A DNA stretch of 34,066 nucleotides from Calditrichaceae bacterium (GTDB taxonomy: Bacteria; Calditrichota; Calditrichia; Calditrichales; JBFXGD01), in contig JBFXGD010000020.1 in assembly GCA_050178385.1 (NCBI GenBank), forward strand, positions 1-34,066. The letters are read 5' to 3'. This document shows, piece by piece, positions 9,283-19,000 of this stretch (position 1 is the first letter of the stretch; the number at the start of each line of letters is the position of its first letter). The notes below the pieces were generated by a model that saw nothing but the letters and a program-made list of their open reading frames with translations, was not told the origin of the DNA and did no database searches. The position numbers were made by a program, and so were the translations under genes.

Positions 9283-10018
9283 TATAAGGATTCTCCATAT
9301 TATAATCCGCTCCCAGATAGGCTTCAATGACTGTCGGATTTTTTGAGACCTCTGCAGGTGTTCCTTCAGTGATTGTCGCCCCGTAGGCGATGGCGTGAAT
9401 CCGGTCACTGATACCCATGATAACTTTCATTATATGCTCAACAATGATGATGGTAATACCAAGTTCATGTCTGATTTTATTAATGATATCAATAGCCTCA
9501 TCAAGCTCCGACGGGTTGAGTCCCGCGGCCGTTTCATCAAGAAGAAGCAGTGAGGGTCTGGTTGCCAGCGCTTTTGCAATTTCCAGCCTTTTCCGCCCTG
9601 CGATAGGCAGGCTGCCGGCTTTTATTTGACTTACCGAAGTTAAGCGGCAAAAATCGACTACTTCCCTGGCAACTTTCCTTGATCCCTGAAAAGTTGACTC
9701 ACGCGCGAAAGCCGCCGCCATCACATTCTCTTCCACGGTCATTCTCTTCAAAGGTTTAACAACCTGAAACGTCCGGCCTATGCCGAGCCGCGCTATCTCA
9801 AATGTTTTTTTGTTTGTAATATCCTGGCCTTTAAATATGATTTTGCCTGAACTGACGGGAAAATACTGATTGATAAGATTAAATAAAGTCGTTTTTCCAC
9901 TTCCGTTCGGACCGATCAGCCCAAAGATTTCTCCTTCCTGAACTTCCAGAGAAACATGATCTACAGCCATCAGGCCGCCGAAGGATTTTGTGACACTATC
10001 AAGAGTCAGAATACTCAT
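9275..10018 (-). CDS. livG: HAAT ABC transporter ATP-binding protein, LivG-like
   Basis: GPNGSGKTT, RTFQ, LLLDETAAGLN, VEHIM, VIEAYLG. Confidence 0.92.
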   Translation of the reverse strand: MSILTLDSVTKSFGGLMAVDHVSLEVQEGEIFGLIGPNGSGKTTLFNLINQYFPVSSGKIIFKGQDITNKKTFEIARLGIGRTFQVVKPLKRMTVEENVMAAAFARESTFQGSRKVAREVVDFCRLTSVSQIKAGSLPIAGRKRLEIAKALATRPSLLLLDETAAGLNPSELDEAIDIINKIRHELGITIIIVEHIMKVIMGISDRIHAIAYGATITEGTPAEVSKNPTVIEAYLGADYNMENPYNA

Positions 10019-11010
10019 TATTTTATCTCCGGAACTCTTTTGAACCTGAATTTTTTAGCTATAATTTTCCAGTCGCCCACTATGCCGCCGGCCAGATACA
10101 GAATAACAAATATTACCAGTAACCCGAAGACTAATGAGTGAATTCTTGAGACCCATACGGGCGCGAACCCAAAAAAAGCGGATCGGAAGAGTTCCTGAAC
10201 GAATACCATCACAACGGCGCCGACCGCAGGTCCCCAAATTGTACCGACCCCGCCGATAATACCGACCAGGATCGTGATAATCGATATGTTATGAAGCGCG
10301 AAAACAACTTCCGGATCAATGAATCCCATATAGATCATATAAAATGCGCCTGCCGTTCCGGCCCAGAATGTAGAGATGACTGTCGCGACATTCTTGTATT
10401 TTTTTGTGTCAATGCCCAGCGCCTCCGCGGCGTCCTGATCTTCTCTGATTGACAGAAAATAGAATCCGGATTTTGACCGCATCACCGCCTTTATGGAAAA
10501 AACAGCACCGGCCGCAAGGATCAGCGCGATGAAATAATAGGGATATTTGCTCACCCATGTGGTTATATAAAGGATTCCATTATGTCCGCTCGTCAACCAT
10601 TCTTCTTCACCGAATATTAAACGAAGTATCTCTGCCGAAGCCAGAGTTCCAAGAGCAAAATACGGCCCTCTCAGCCTGAATACCATAATTCCAAGCAGAT
10701 AACCTATGAAGATAGCCGCCAATCCGCCTGTAAGCAGTCCCCACCAGGGTGAAATTTTAAAATGATAATATGGTAAAGCCGCCGCGTAAGCCCCTATGCC
10801 GAAATAAGCCGCATGACCAAATGAAACAAGTCCGGTGTATCCCGCAAGAAGATTCCATGAACTACCAAGTATCACCCACAGGAGTATAAATATCAGGAGC
10901 CCTTGTATATATGGCGAAAAGTGAAAAATAAACGGCAGAATAACCGCGACGGCAAGAATACCCAGCTCAACCCGCGAAATGCCTAGTAAAGTCGATTTTT
11001 TTTCAACCAT
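10018..11010 (-). CDS. livM: HAAT ABC transporter permease, LivM-like
   Basis: WNLLAGYTGLVSFGHAAYFGIGAY, RLRGPYFALGTL, IREDQDAAEALG, GGVGTIWGP. Confidence 0.92.
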   Translation of the reverse strand: MVEKKSTLLGISRVELGILAVAVILPFIFHFSPYIQGLLIFILLWVILGSSWNLLAGYTGLVSFGHAAYFGIGAYAAALPYYHFKISPWWGLLTGGLAAIFIGYLLGIMVFRLRGPYFALGTLASAEILRLIFGEEEWLTSGHNGILYITTWVSKYPYYFIALILAAGAVFSIKAVMRSKSGFYFLSIREDQDAAEALGIDTKKYKNVATVISTFWAGTAGAFYMIYMGFIDPEVVFALHNISIITILVGIIGGVGTIWGPAVGAVVMVFVQELFRSAFFGFAPVWVSRIHSLVFGLLVIFVILYLAGGIVGDWKIIAKKFRFKRVPEIK

Positions 11011-11019
11011 TTTTAATTC

Positions 11020-11895
11020 CTAAACCTTTGTCAATCGTTTTAAACCACCAGGAAAAAACACCAAAACAAGAAGGAAAATGATAAGCCCGACCGCATCACG
11101 GTACCCCATAGAAATGTAAGTCGCTCCAAAAGTTTCAGCGACTCCCAGGACAATACCGCCTACGATTGCTCCAACTGTCGAACCTAATCCTCCCAGAATA
11201 GTGATTACAAATGCCTTCACGGTGAAAATGGGACCAACATCCGGGTACAAATAATATACCGGTAGAAGGAGTGAACCTGCGGCGGCATCAAGAGCGCTTC
11301 CCAGCCCGTATGTGAGAATCGTGATCTTTCCCGCGCTCACCCCCATCAGTGTCGCTGCTTCTTTATCCTGCGCGGTGGCCCTTATTGATCGTCCCAGGTC
11401 GGTTTTTATCAGCATCCAAAACAAACTGACTGTAAGAAAAATAGCGATGACAAATGCGATGACTAAGGGTGTATGAAAAGAGATTCCGGAAAAATGCCAG
11501 GCCATATCGGTGTAAGATGTCTGAATCGAGCGATAATCACTGGAGAAAATTGAGCGCGCCAGCTCCACCAGCACCATACCAATACCAACAGTCATAAGCA
11601 CCTGATTTTCAGGCAATATTGATTCTTTCTTTATCAGGGGATGCAAAAGATACTTACTTAGACCTTCCGCGAATATAAAAACGACCGGGATAGTAATGAA
11701 AATCGAAATATATGGATCCAGGCCGACAAACTTCCATAATACCCAGGTAATGTACATAGCAACCATGAGAATCTGCCCATGAGCCAGATTTATAATTCCA
11801 AGCACGCCCATAATCAGCGTCATGCCTATCCCGATAATCGCGTATAAACCACCAATAAGCAGTCCGGACACGAGTGTTTGCAAGAATAATTCCAT
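11020..11895 (-). CDS. livH: HAAT ABC transporter permease, LivH-like
   Basis: GMTLIMGVLGIINLAHG, GRSIRATAQD, KAFVITILGGLGS. ATG 11895 is preferred over TTG 11907. Confidence 0.92.
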   Translation of the reverse strand: MELFLQTLVSGLLIGGLYAIIGIGMTLIMGVLGIINLAHGQILMVAMYITWVLWKFVGLDPYISIFITIPVVFIFAEGLSKYLLHPLIKKESILPENQVLMTVGIGMVLVELARSIFSSDYRSIQTSYTDMAWHFSGISFHTPLVIAFVIAIFLTVSLFWMLIKTDLGRSIRATAQDKEAATLMGVSAGKITILTYGLGSALDAAAGSLLLPVYYLYPDVGPIFTVKAFVITILGGLGSTVGAIVGGIVLGVAETFGATYISMGYRDAVGLIIFLLVLVFFPGGLKRLTKV

Positions 11896-11926
11896 CAACA
11901 ACCCCAAATAATTGGATTATTAGAGA

Positions 11927-11989
11927 AGGAGAATAAAACCGGTTTTAAATCTGCTGAAAATGCCCTGTAAAATGACCGGTTTTTCTCCT
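11927..11989. other. Intercistronic stem-loop between the SBP and permease genes
   Basis: AGGAGAA(TA)AAACCGGT at 11927-11943 pairs with ACCGGTTTTTCTCCT at 11975-11989. Confidence 0.7.
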
Positions 11990-12001
11990 GAATATCAAAC
12001 A

Positions 12002-13240
12002 TCATTTAGCCCAAATCATATTCCAGTCAATCGGATAGTTGAACTCAGCGTTCGCCAGATTTCTCGGCCATACAAGTTTCAATTCATCGTCTACCCATTG
12101 TACTACATACGTATCCATTTTATTCTGGTGAATTTTATTGCCGTACGCGACAAACTTCACCGGACCGAATACGGTCATCATATCCGTGTTATCCAGAGCT
12201 TTTTTGATGGTTTCCGAATCGTATTTGCCTTCACAGCGCATCAAAGCGTCCGCGACAATTTGAGCCGCTGAATATGCTTCCGCACCGTGGTAATCCGGCC
12301 CGTCTCCACCATATTTGGTAATGTAATCATCAAAATATTCTTTGGCGCCGGGAATCGGCAGAGTCTCATGCCATAATGTGGCGGAAAGAACCATTTTTGA
12401 TGCCGCTCCCGCATTATCCTTAAATGCCGGCATTGTATAACCCGCGCCTGCTCCAACAAAGAGCTTAGGCTGGAAATCCAGTTCACGTGATTGTTTCATT
12501 AATAAGGCAGCGTCCATGACATAGGAAATCATATACATCATATCGGGATTCGATTTTTTCGCATTCATCAGTAGCGGTTTAAAATCGACCGTCCCGCTTG
12601 AATATGAATCCAATCCCTTCACTTCGATTCCAAGTTTTTCACTTGATTCCTTAAATGATTCCGCTCCTTTGGAACCAAATGCCGTATTTTCATGGAGAAT
12701 ATAAACAGACTTTGGTTTAACAACTTCTGCCAGCAATCCCTCCAGACCGGAGGCATATTCCGATACCGGTGGATTGAGGCGGTAAATATAAAATCTGTCA
12801 CCGTCATTTACGGTCAGGTTAAAGTCTTCAGGCTGAGTGATTTTATCAACCGAACCGGTGTTAACCAGAAATGGAATTCTGTACTGCTGCGCCACCGCGG
12901 CGGCGGCAAAAGTAACCGAGGAACTGTATCCTCCTGCAATAAGCGGCACCTTATTGACATTAATAAGTTTTTCCGCTGCCGATCGCCCCACATCGGGTTT
13001 ACCTGTATCATCTTCATAAACAAATTCAAGCATCCTGCCGTTGATACCTCCCGCAGCGTTTATTTTGTCTTTAGCCATTTCGTAGGAGTTTTTCTCCATT
13101 TCACCAAAATTCGCCTGAGAACCGGATAAAGGAAGCAGGACACCGATTGTAATTGGACCGCTTTCTTTTTTGGCACAGCTGTTTATTCCAATCATCATAA
13201 AAATGATAGAAGAAATAACCAGAATCTTTAAAACCTTCAT
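12002..13240 (-). CDS. HAAT ABC transporter substrate-binding lipoprotein (LivK/LivJ-like)
   Basis: Lipobox (INS-C), IGVLLPLSG, INAAGGINGR, EDDTGKP, GGYSSS, ENTAFG, TVFGPVKF. Confidence 0.9.
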   Translation of the reverse strand: MKVLKILVISSIIFMMIGINSCAKKESGPITIGVLLPLSGSQANFGEMEKNSYEMAKDKINAAGGINGRMLEFVYEDDTGKPDVGRSAAEKLINVNKVPLIAGGYSSSVTFAAAAVAQQYRIPFLVNTGSVDKITQPEDFNLTVNDGDRFYIYRLNPPVSEYASGLEGLLAEVVKPKSVYILHENTAFGSKGAESFKESSEKLGIEVKGLDSYSSGTVDFKPLLMNAKKSNPDMMYMISYVMDAALLMKQSRELDFQPKLFVGAGAGYTMPAFKDNAGAASKMVLSATLWHETLPIPGAKEYFDDYITKYGGDGPDYHGAEAYSAAQIVADALMRCEGKYDSETIKKALDNTDMMTVFGPVKFVAYGNKIHQNKMDTYVVQWVDDELKLVWPRNLANAEFNYPIDWNMIWAK

Positions 13241-13309
13241 GCTACCCCCATCCCGGAATTCCGGGTTTAAATTTTAGAATAAATGATGAGAGATTCTGTT
13301 GTCATTTTG

Positions 13310-13353
13310 AAAATATTCAGGGGACAGGGACATCCTGAAAAGTCCCCTGAATA
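13310..13353 (-). terminator. Stem-loop/terminator after the porin gene
   Basis: Perfect 12-bp inverted repeat TATTCAGGGGAC (13314-13325) / GTCCCCTGAATA (13342-13353), followed by a short U-run on the minus strand. Confidence 0.7.
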
Positions 13354-13358
13354 GTGAA

Positions 13359-14363
13359 TCAGAAAACCAACTGAAACATTACATAGAAAATATTATTGTC
13401 TATGTTGGCATCTTCATCCTGAAGGACATAGGCTGCTGTAATTTTTGAAGCAGACCATTTTTCCGGAAAGAACGAGTAGGAAGCTCCGAAAGTGATATCC
13501 GTTTCTTCGTTTTTATCGACATCTGTATTCGGATCAACCTGTTCCCAGCGAGCCAGAAGTTCAATATTTTCCTGAATACGGTACGCGCCGAAAACATAGT
13601 ATCCATTGAAGGTAACATCTTTAGCGCCGTTTTTATCTATAACAGCGATATACTCCGCTTTTATACGATAAGGGAGAGGCTCAAAATATAGATATCCCGA
13701 ATAGCTGGAATATTCATTAAAATATTTGTTGCCCATGCCATAATAACCGCCGGCTTCGAGACCCTTCACGGTGGCAGGTTTATATGTCAGCATACCACTT
13801 ACCGCGGCGCCCGTGGACTGTGTTTTGGCCGTCGATTGATGTGACGGTTTAATGTTTACGGCGCCATCTCCGTTATGCAAAGTAATGTTATAACTGATAT
13901 CACTAAACTTACCAAGTAAAGCCATTCCATAATCGCGATAATCCGCGCCAATCGTCATCGAACCCCATTTCTGAGCCGAAACCGGGCGCTCGATAATATC
14001 TATATCCGTGTGTGATGTCAATCCGCCTGCGCGCACTCCCGCGCCAATAAAACGGCCGACCCTGAGCTCAGCTTTATCGGATAATTTGTATTGAATACGG
14101 GCATCAAGCAATTTTGGGGTAGTAAGTTCCATTTGAACAAATGCTTTTAAATTAGGACCCATTGTCCCGGTGAAACGCAGCCTAACTCTGCGAAGGCCGA
14201 ATCCCGCTTCAGAAGTATCCGTATTCGTTTGAGCGAAGCTGCCCCAAAACTGGACAGTACCATTTGTTTTGACCGTGATATCCGGCAGTTCACCGGCATG
14301 AGATAAGTTTGTAAATAAGAACAATAAGGCAAATGAAAATAATAGTGTGGTAATTTTTCGCAT
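13359..14363 (-). CDS. Outer-membrane porin (OprO/OprP-like)
   Basis: Signal peptide; FGLRRVRLRFTG, LLDARIQY, RVGRF, IERP, RDYG; C-terminal QLVF; AGGAGG RBS. Confidence 0.85.
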   Translation of the reverse strand: MRKITTLLFSFALLFLFTNLSHAGELPDITVKTNGTVQFWGSFAQTNTDTSEAGFGLRRVRLRFTGTMGPNLKAFVQMELTTPKLLDARIQYKLSDKAELRVGRFIGAGVRAGGLTSHTDIDIIERPVSAQKWGSMTIGADYRDYGMALLGKFSDISYNITLHNGDGAVNIKPSHQSTAKTQSTGAAVSGMLTYKPATVKGLEAGGYYGMGNKYFNEYSSYSGYLYFEPLPYRIKAEYIAVIDKNGAKDVTFNGYYVFGAYRIQENIELLARWEQVDPNTDVDKNEETDITFGASYSFFPEKWSASKITAAYVLQDEDANIDNNIFYVMFQLVF

Positions 14364-14468
14364 TCCGCCTCCTAATTTGAGATTAAAGTAAAAAATTGAT
14401 TATACATTAAATATTTTCTGAATCTATATATCCTCCTTTTTTATAAATCGACTAACAGGCGGGAAATA

Positions 14469-14485
14469 TGCAATGGGTATGCCAA
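14469..14485 (-). promoter_or_regulatory. Sigma-54 (-24/-12) promoter of the porin-liv-CBS operon
   Basis: Minus strand reads TTGGCATACCCATTGCA, an exact GG-N10-GC, about 105 bp upstream of the porin ATG and next to a sigma-54 activator gene. Confidence 0.88.
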
Positions 14486-14580
14486 ACGGAAAAATGATCC
14501 GGGAGACCGACTTTAACAACGGTTAACTGGTAACTTCTGTGAAAATTGAAGAAAAAAGGATTTCCTGAAATCACAATAAA

Positions 14581-14620
14581 ATGGCTAAAATTGACCGATA
14601 ATGGCTAAGAATCACCATTT
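14581..14620. promoter_or_regulatory. Candidate upstream activator sequences (tandem pair)
   Basis: ATGGCTAAAATTGACCGATA and ATGGCTAAGAATCACCATTT at a 20-bp period, each a weak GG...CC palindrome, about 100-130 bp upstream of the -24 element. Confidence 0.55.
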
Positions 14621-16002
14621 CCGATATTAAATTTACTGATTTTATATCGAAGCGTCTCCCGTGGTATTTTTAACAGTCTGGCAGCTTTACTCGTATTTTT
14701 ATCACTTAGTGTATAAGCTTTCTCCAGTAACCTTATCTCTGTTTCTTTCATGATTTCATCAAAGGAACGTCCGCCAAAATCAGATTTCCGCAGCAAATTA
14801 CCGGAGCCGCTTTCAAGCTGAGCATTGATTAGTTCACCGGGAAGATGCCGCATTTCGATAACCGATTCTTTTTGAAGAATACATATCCGTTCCATTATGT
14901 TTTTTAGTTCACGCACATTACCGGGCCAGCCGTACTGAAGTAGAATCCTTTTTGTATCAATCGAAAATCCCATAATTTTTTTATTAAATTTTCTGTTGAA
15001 ATGATCGAGAAAAAATTCCGCCAAAACCGATATATCTTCAGGACGCTCCCGTAAAGGCGGAACTTCAATCCGCAACACGTTCAGTCTATAATACAAATCT
15101 TCCCGGAATTCTTTATTGATGATAGCTTCTTTAAGATTTTTATTTGTCGCGGCGATGATTCTCAGACTCACCTCAATATCATCGACAGAACCAAGACGCC
15201 GAAATTTTTTGTTTTCAAGAACCCTTAATAGTTTGGCCTGGAGAGACAGGCTCATCTCACCGATTTCATCCAAAAACAGCGTACCCTCGTCTGCTCGCTC
15301 AAATAATCCTATTTTTCTGTTTTTTGCATCCGTGAACGCGCCTTTTTCGTATCCGAATAATTCACTTTCAAGCAGTGTCTCCGGTATCGATGCGCAATTC
15401 ACCTCTATAAATTCTTTTTCCGCTCTCGGGCTTAATGTATGCAGAGCCGATGCCACCAGCTCCTTACCTGAGCCGCTTTCACCCGTTATAAGTACAGTTT
15501 CGGTCCCGTGCCTGGCATATTCTGAAATCTGGTGTTTAACATGCGCCATGACAGAACTCGAACCAAGAATCAGGTCAATGCCTTTTTTTTCCTGCTGCTC
15601 CTCCCTCAGCCGCTTTACGGTTCTCTTGAGACTCTGAGTTTCTAATGCCAAACGTGTAATTAATTTAATGGCATCCGCTTTAAACGGTTTCTTGATGTAA
15701 TCATAAGCGCCCAGTTTAATCGCTTCGACAGCCGACTCAACAGAAGCAAATCCGGTGACAACAATCACCAGTAAGTCTGGCTGAATCTTTTTCATCTGTT
15801 CGAGAATTTTTATTCCGTGCATATCAGGTAAGTTCAGATCAAGTAAAGCAAGATCGATATCTTCCTTTTTTACTGTCTCCATGGCTTTTTTACCGGTACT
15901 CACCGTCAAAACCCGATATTTTTCTTCTGTAAAAATACGCTTTAAATTTAGCCTGATAAATTCCTCGTCATCAACAACCAGAACGGTTTTCTGTTTTGTC
16001 AT
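14605..16002 (-). CDS. Sigma-54-dependent response regulator (NtrC family: REC-AAA+-HTH)
   Basis: VVDDE, LLDLNLP, GESGSGKE, ESELFG, GAFTDA, FLDEIG, FREDLYYRL, WPGNVREL, Fis-type HTH. ATG 16002 preferred. Confidence 0.95.
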   Translation of the reverse strand: MTKQKTVLVVDDEEFIRLNLKRIFTEEKYRVLTVSTGKKAMETVKKEDIDLALLDLNLPDMHGIKILEQMKKIQPDLLVIVVTGFASVESAVEAIKLGAYDYIKKPFKADAIKLITRLALETQSLKRTVKRLREEQQEKKGIDLILGSSSVMAHVKHQISEYARHGTETVLITGESGSGKELVASALHTLSPRAEKEFIEVNCASIPETLLESELFGYEKGAFTDAKNRKIGLFERADEGTLFLDEIGEMSLSLQAKLLRVLENKKFRRLGSVDDIEVSLRIIAATNKNLKEAIINKEFREDLYYRLNVLRIEVPPLRERPEDISVLAEFFLDHFNRKFNKKIMGFSIDTKRILLQYGWPGNVRELKNIMERICILQKESVIEMRHLPGELINAQLESGSGNLLRKSDFGGRSFDEIMKETEIRLLEKAYTLSDKNTSKAARLLKIPRETLRYKISKFNIGNGDS

Positions 16003-16017
16003 AAACTTTCCTTCCAC

Positions 16018-19000
16018 TTATGCATGTACCGGCTGAGAAAGAGCAGGAAGATAGATCGCGAATATGGTTCCCTTGCCTTCAATGCTTCTAACTTCTATTT
16101 TTCCGCTATGCTCAGAAATAATACTGTGTGTGATGGATAAGCCCAGTCCTGTTCCGCCGCTCTTTTTCGTATAAAAGGGATCAAAAATCTTATCCAGATC
16201 ACTCACTGGAATACCCGGACCAGTATCTTCTATGATTATCTCAATCCAGGTTTTTTCTTTATCATTACTTTCTATTCCCACATATGAATTGCCCAACCGC
16301 CCGTCATCCGAACAGGAAGTAGACACAGTCAATTTACCTCCTTGGGGCATTACCTGGATGGAATTTATAATAATATTGAGCAGGGCCTGACGTATTTTTT
16401 CAGAATCCATCATGATCACAGGGACATCCGGTTTTAAACGGGTCTTAACAATAATCTCTGCGTTCTTACACTGTTTATCAACGAACCGCAGTGTCGTATC
16501 AATAAGTTTGTTTATATCTTTTAAAGCCAACTGCCCTTTTGACGGAGCGGCATAATCGAGCAATTCATTGATTAAATTTTCGAGTCGTTCAACTTCGGTC
16601 AGGGCTTGTTCAACAACTTTTGTGATCTCAGGCTGATTCGAAATTTTATCATGCAGATCATCAAGAAATAGACTGATTCCTGTAAGGGGATTCCTGATTT
16701 CATGGGCAATTCCGGCGGCAAACCGCCCGAGTGAAGCCAGTCTGTCAATACGTTTCAGATGATCGTCGATATGCTTTTTATCGGTCGTATCCTGCAGTAT
16801 GACAATGACCCCGGTGCTGTCACCTGTCGAGTTATGAAGGACAGAAACGTTCACCATAACAAAACGTATTCCTTCTGCTGTGTACAACTCAAGATTATAT
16901 CCGTGATAAAAACCCTTTGATTTTATGGATTTCTGAACTTCATCTATCACATACTGATGATTTTTGAACACTTGCCAGACGGTCCTGCCGATTATCTCTT
17001 CCCGTTCAGCCTTCAAAATATGGATGGCTGATCTGTTAATACTGGTAATTTTTCCGTTTTTATCCGTGGTGATGACTCCGTTGAGCATGTATCTCAGTAC
17101 GTCTTCGACAAAATTTCTCTGCTGTATGATTTCCCGGTACAACTGCGTATTTTCAATGACCCGGGCCGCCTGGTTAGCCAGAATTTGAAGTGAATTTATG
17201 TCCAAATCCGAAATAATCTCTTTGGTAAACAGCTTATCGGCACCCAGAATACCTATGATTGTCTCTTTAATTTTCAACGGAATAAAGACGAATGAATTAC
17301 TCTTCCCAAGCTTTCTTATTTTTTTGTCAAGCGGTGTGGCCTCAGGGTAAACTTTAAAATCATCGACTCTGACAATCCGGCCGGTTTTTACCACCCGCGT
17401 TTCGATACAGTCAAATCGATGCAGATTATACTTTGATCTGCGCGCGAGGTGTTCCTGTTCATCTGAAAAGCCAAAAGTTTCCCGGCACTCCAGATATGTC
17501 CCGGAATCATCAATTAAATACAAAATGGCCCGGTCGAATCCCATACTTTCAACTGAATTTTGCAGGATCAGTCTGAGTATCTTATTTATATCAAAAGTTG
17601 TTCCGAGAATATTGCTGATTTTTTGGATTGTTTTGAATATTTTTACCTGGTATTCCAGATCCCGCGCGTAATTTTCAGTTTCATTCTTCGAAATTTCAAG
17701 CGTCTTCATTGAATTCAATAATTCACTCTTGCTTTTTTTTAATTCATAAGCCATGAAATTAAAGACCATTCCCAAAACGCCAATTTCGTCTCGTCTCTGA
17801 ATATTTATGACTTCATCAAGATGCCCGTCGGCCAGTCTGCCGGCCGCGTCGGTAATTTTTAAAAGAGGGCGTGAGAAACTTCTGGAGATAAACCAGGAAG
17901 AAATTCCGGCAAACGCGAAAGTGATTATTATAAACCAGACAATATTATTACGAATAAACAAAATTATTCTGCTGAAATCATTGGCAATTGAGAGAGCGGG
18001 ATGCTGAAAACGCCCGATTTCCGCTCCGATTGTAATGGCGCCAAAAATCCCGGATTTTTTATAATCCCCTTTATTGTAAAATATCGGGGCGTATGCCATC
18101 ACTTTTTTTATTCCGCCCACATTCGTTGTGACCACCGCTCCCGAAACCCCCTCGCGAACCTGGCCGGCGACATAAGGATATCCCTGATGAATAAATCCTG
18201 CTTCATCGAGATTAAATGGTATTCTCCCTTCCGCGACCGCTTCAGGTGGAGAATCCGCTCTGTAAGGCGGAACCCATTTTCCGTTCTCATTTACTCCCCG
18301 TATATCCCAAAATTTCGGATGCGTGATAATCCATCCTTCATCATCAAACATAAAAGCGTAATCACCCGATCCATAGACCGGAAAGACTGTCGTCGATTTC
18401 TGGTTAGGCAGGATGTGCTGGGTAAATTCCATAAGGTGCCGGTGATCCAGCGCCAGCATCACAATTCCCCTAAACTCGCCATAATCATAAAGCGGAGCGG
18501 CAAAACGCACTACTCCGTCGTATTTCTTTCCTTCAACAGCCTCTTCTATTGTCGCGGCGCTCTGAAGCTGTTCCTTCCTGCTGACATAAAATCCTGTCAC
18601 ATGAGACACATATATTTCGTTTTCGGGCAGTTCCGCGGTTTCCCGAAAATAAGTTTCACATAAGTATGTTGTGTTTTTCGGATTTCGCACATTCTTCAGT
18701 GATTTTTTAGGAAGGAGTATATTATCCTGTATTTTTAATTTTTCATTTCCGTTCGCGTCAATTATAGCGATCTCTTTATAGAGTGGAATAAGAACTCTTT
18801 CTTCAGACGGATACTCATTCGTCCCGCCTCTCACCCAGATTTCCGATTTATGCTGATTATTGAAATAATGGTAATTTGTCTCAGTCGGGATGACATCTTT
18901 AAACGCCAGAAGATCATGTTCGCACTGTTTTAAAAATTTTTGCACCATTGTCGCGGTTAACACTGCCTGCAATTCCATCGATTCCTGCGTCTTTTGATCG

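Noticed and set aside
18001..18663. 220-aa plus-strand ORF and other antisense/overlapping ORFs (15116-15637, 5033-5470, 12692-13129, 26516-26929, 33035-33499, etc.)
   Set aside because: Shadow frames of well-supported genes, with no recognisable motifs.
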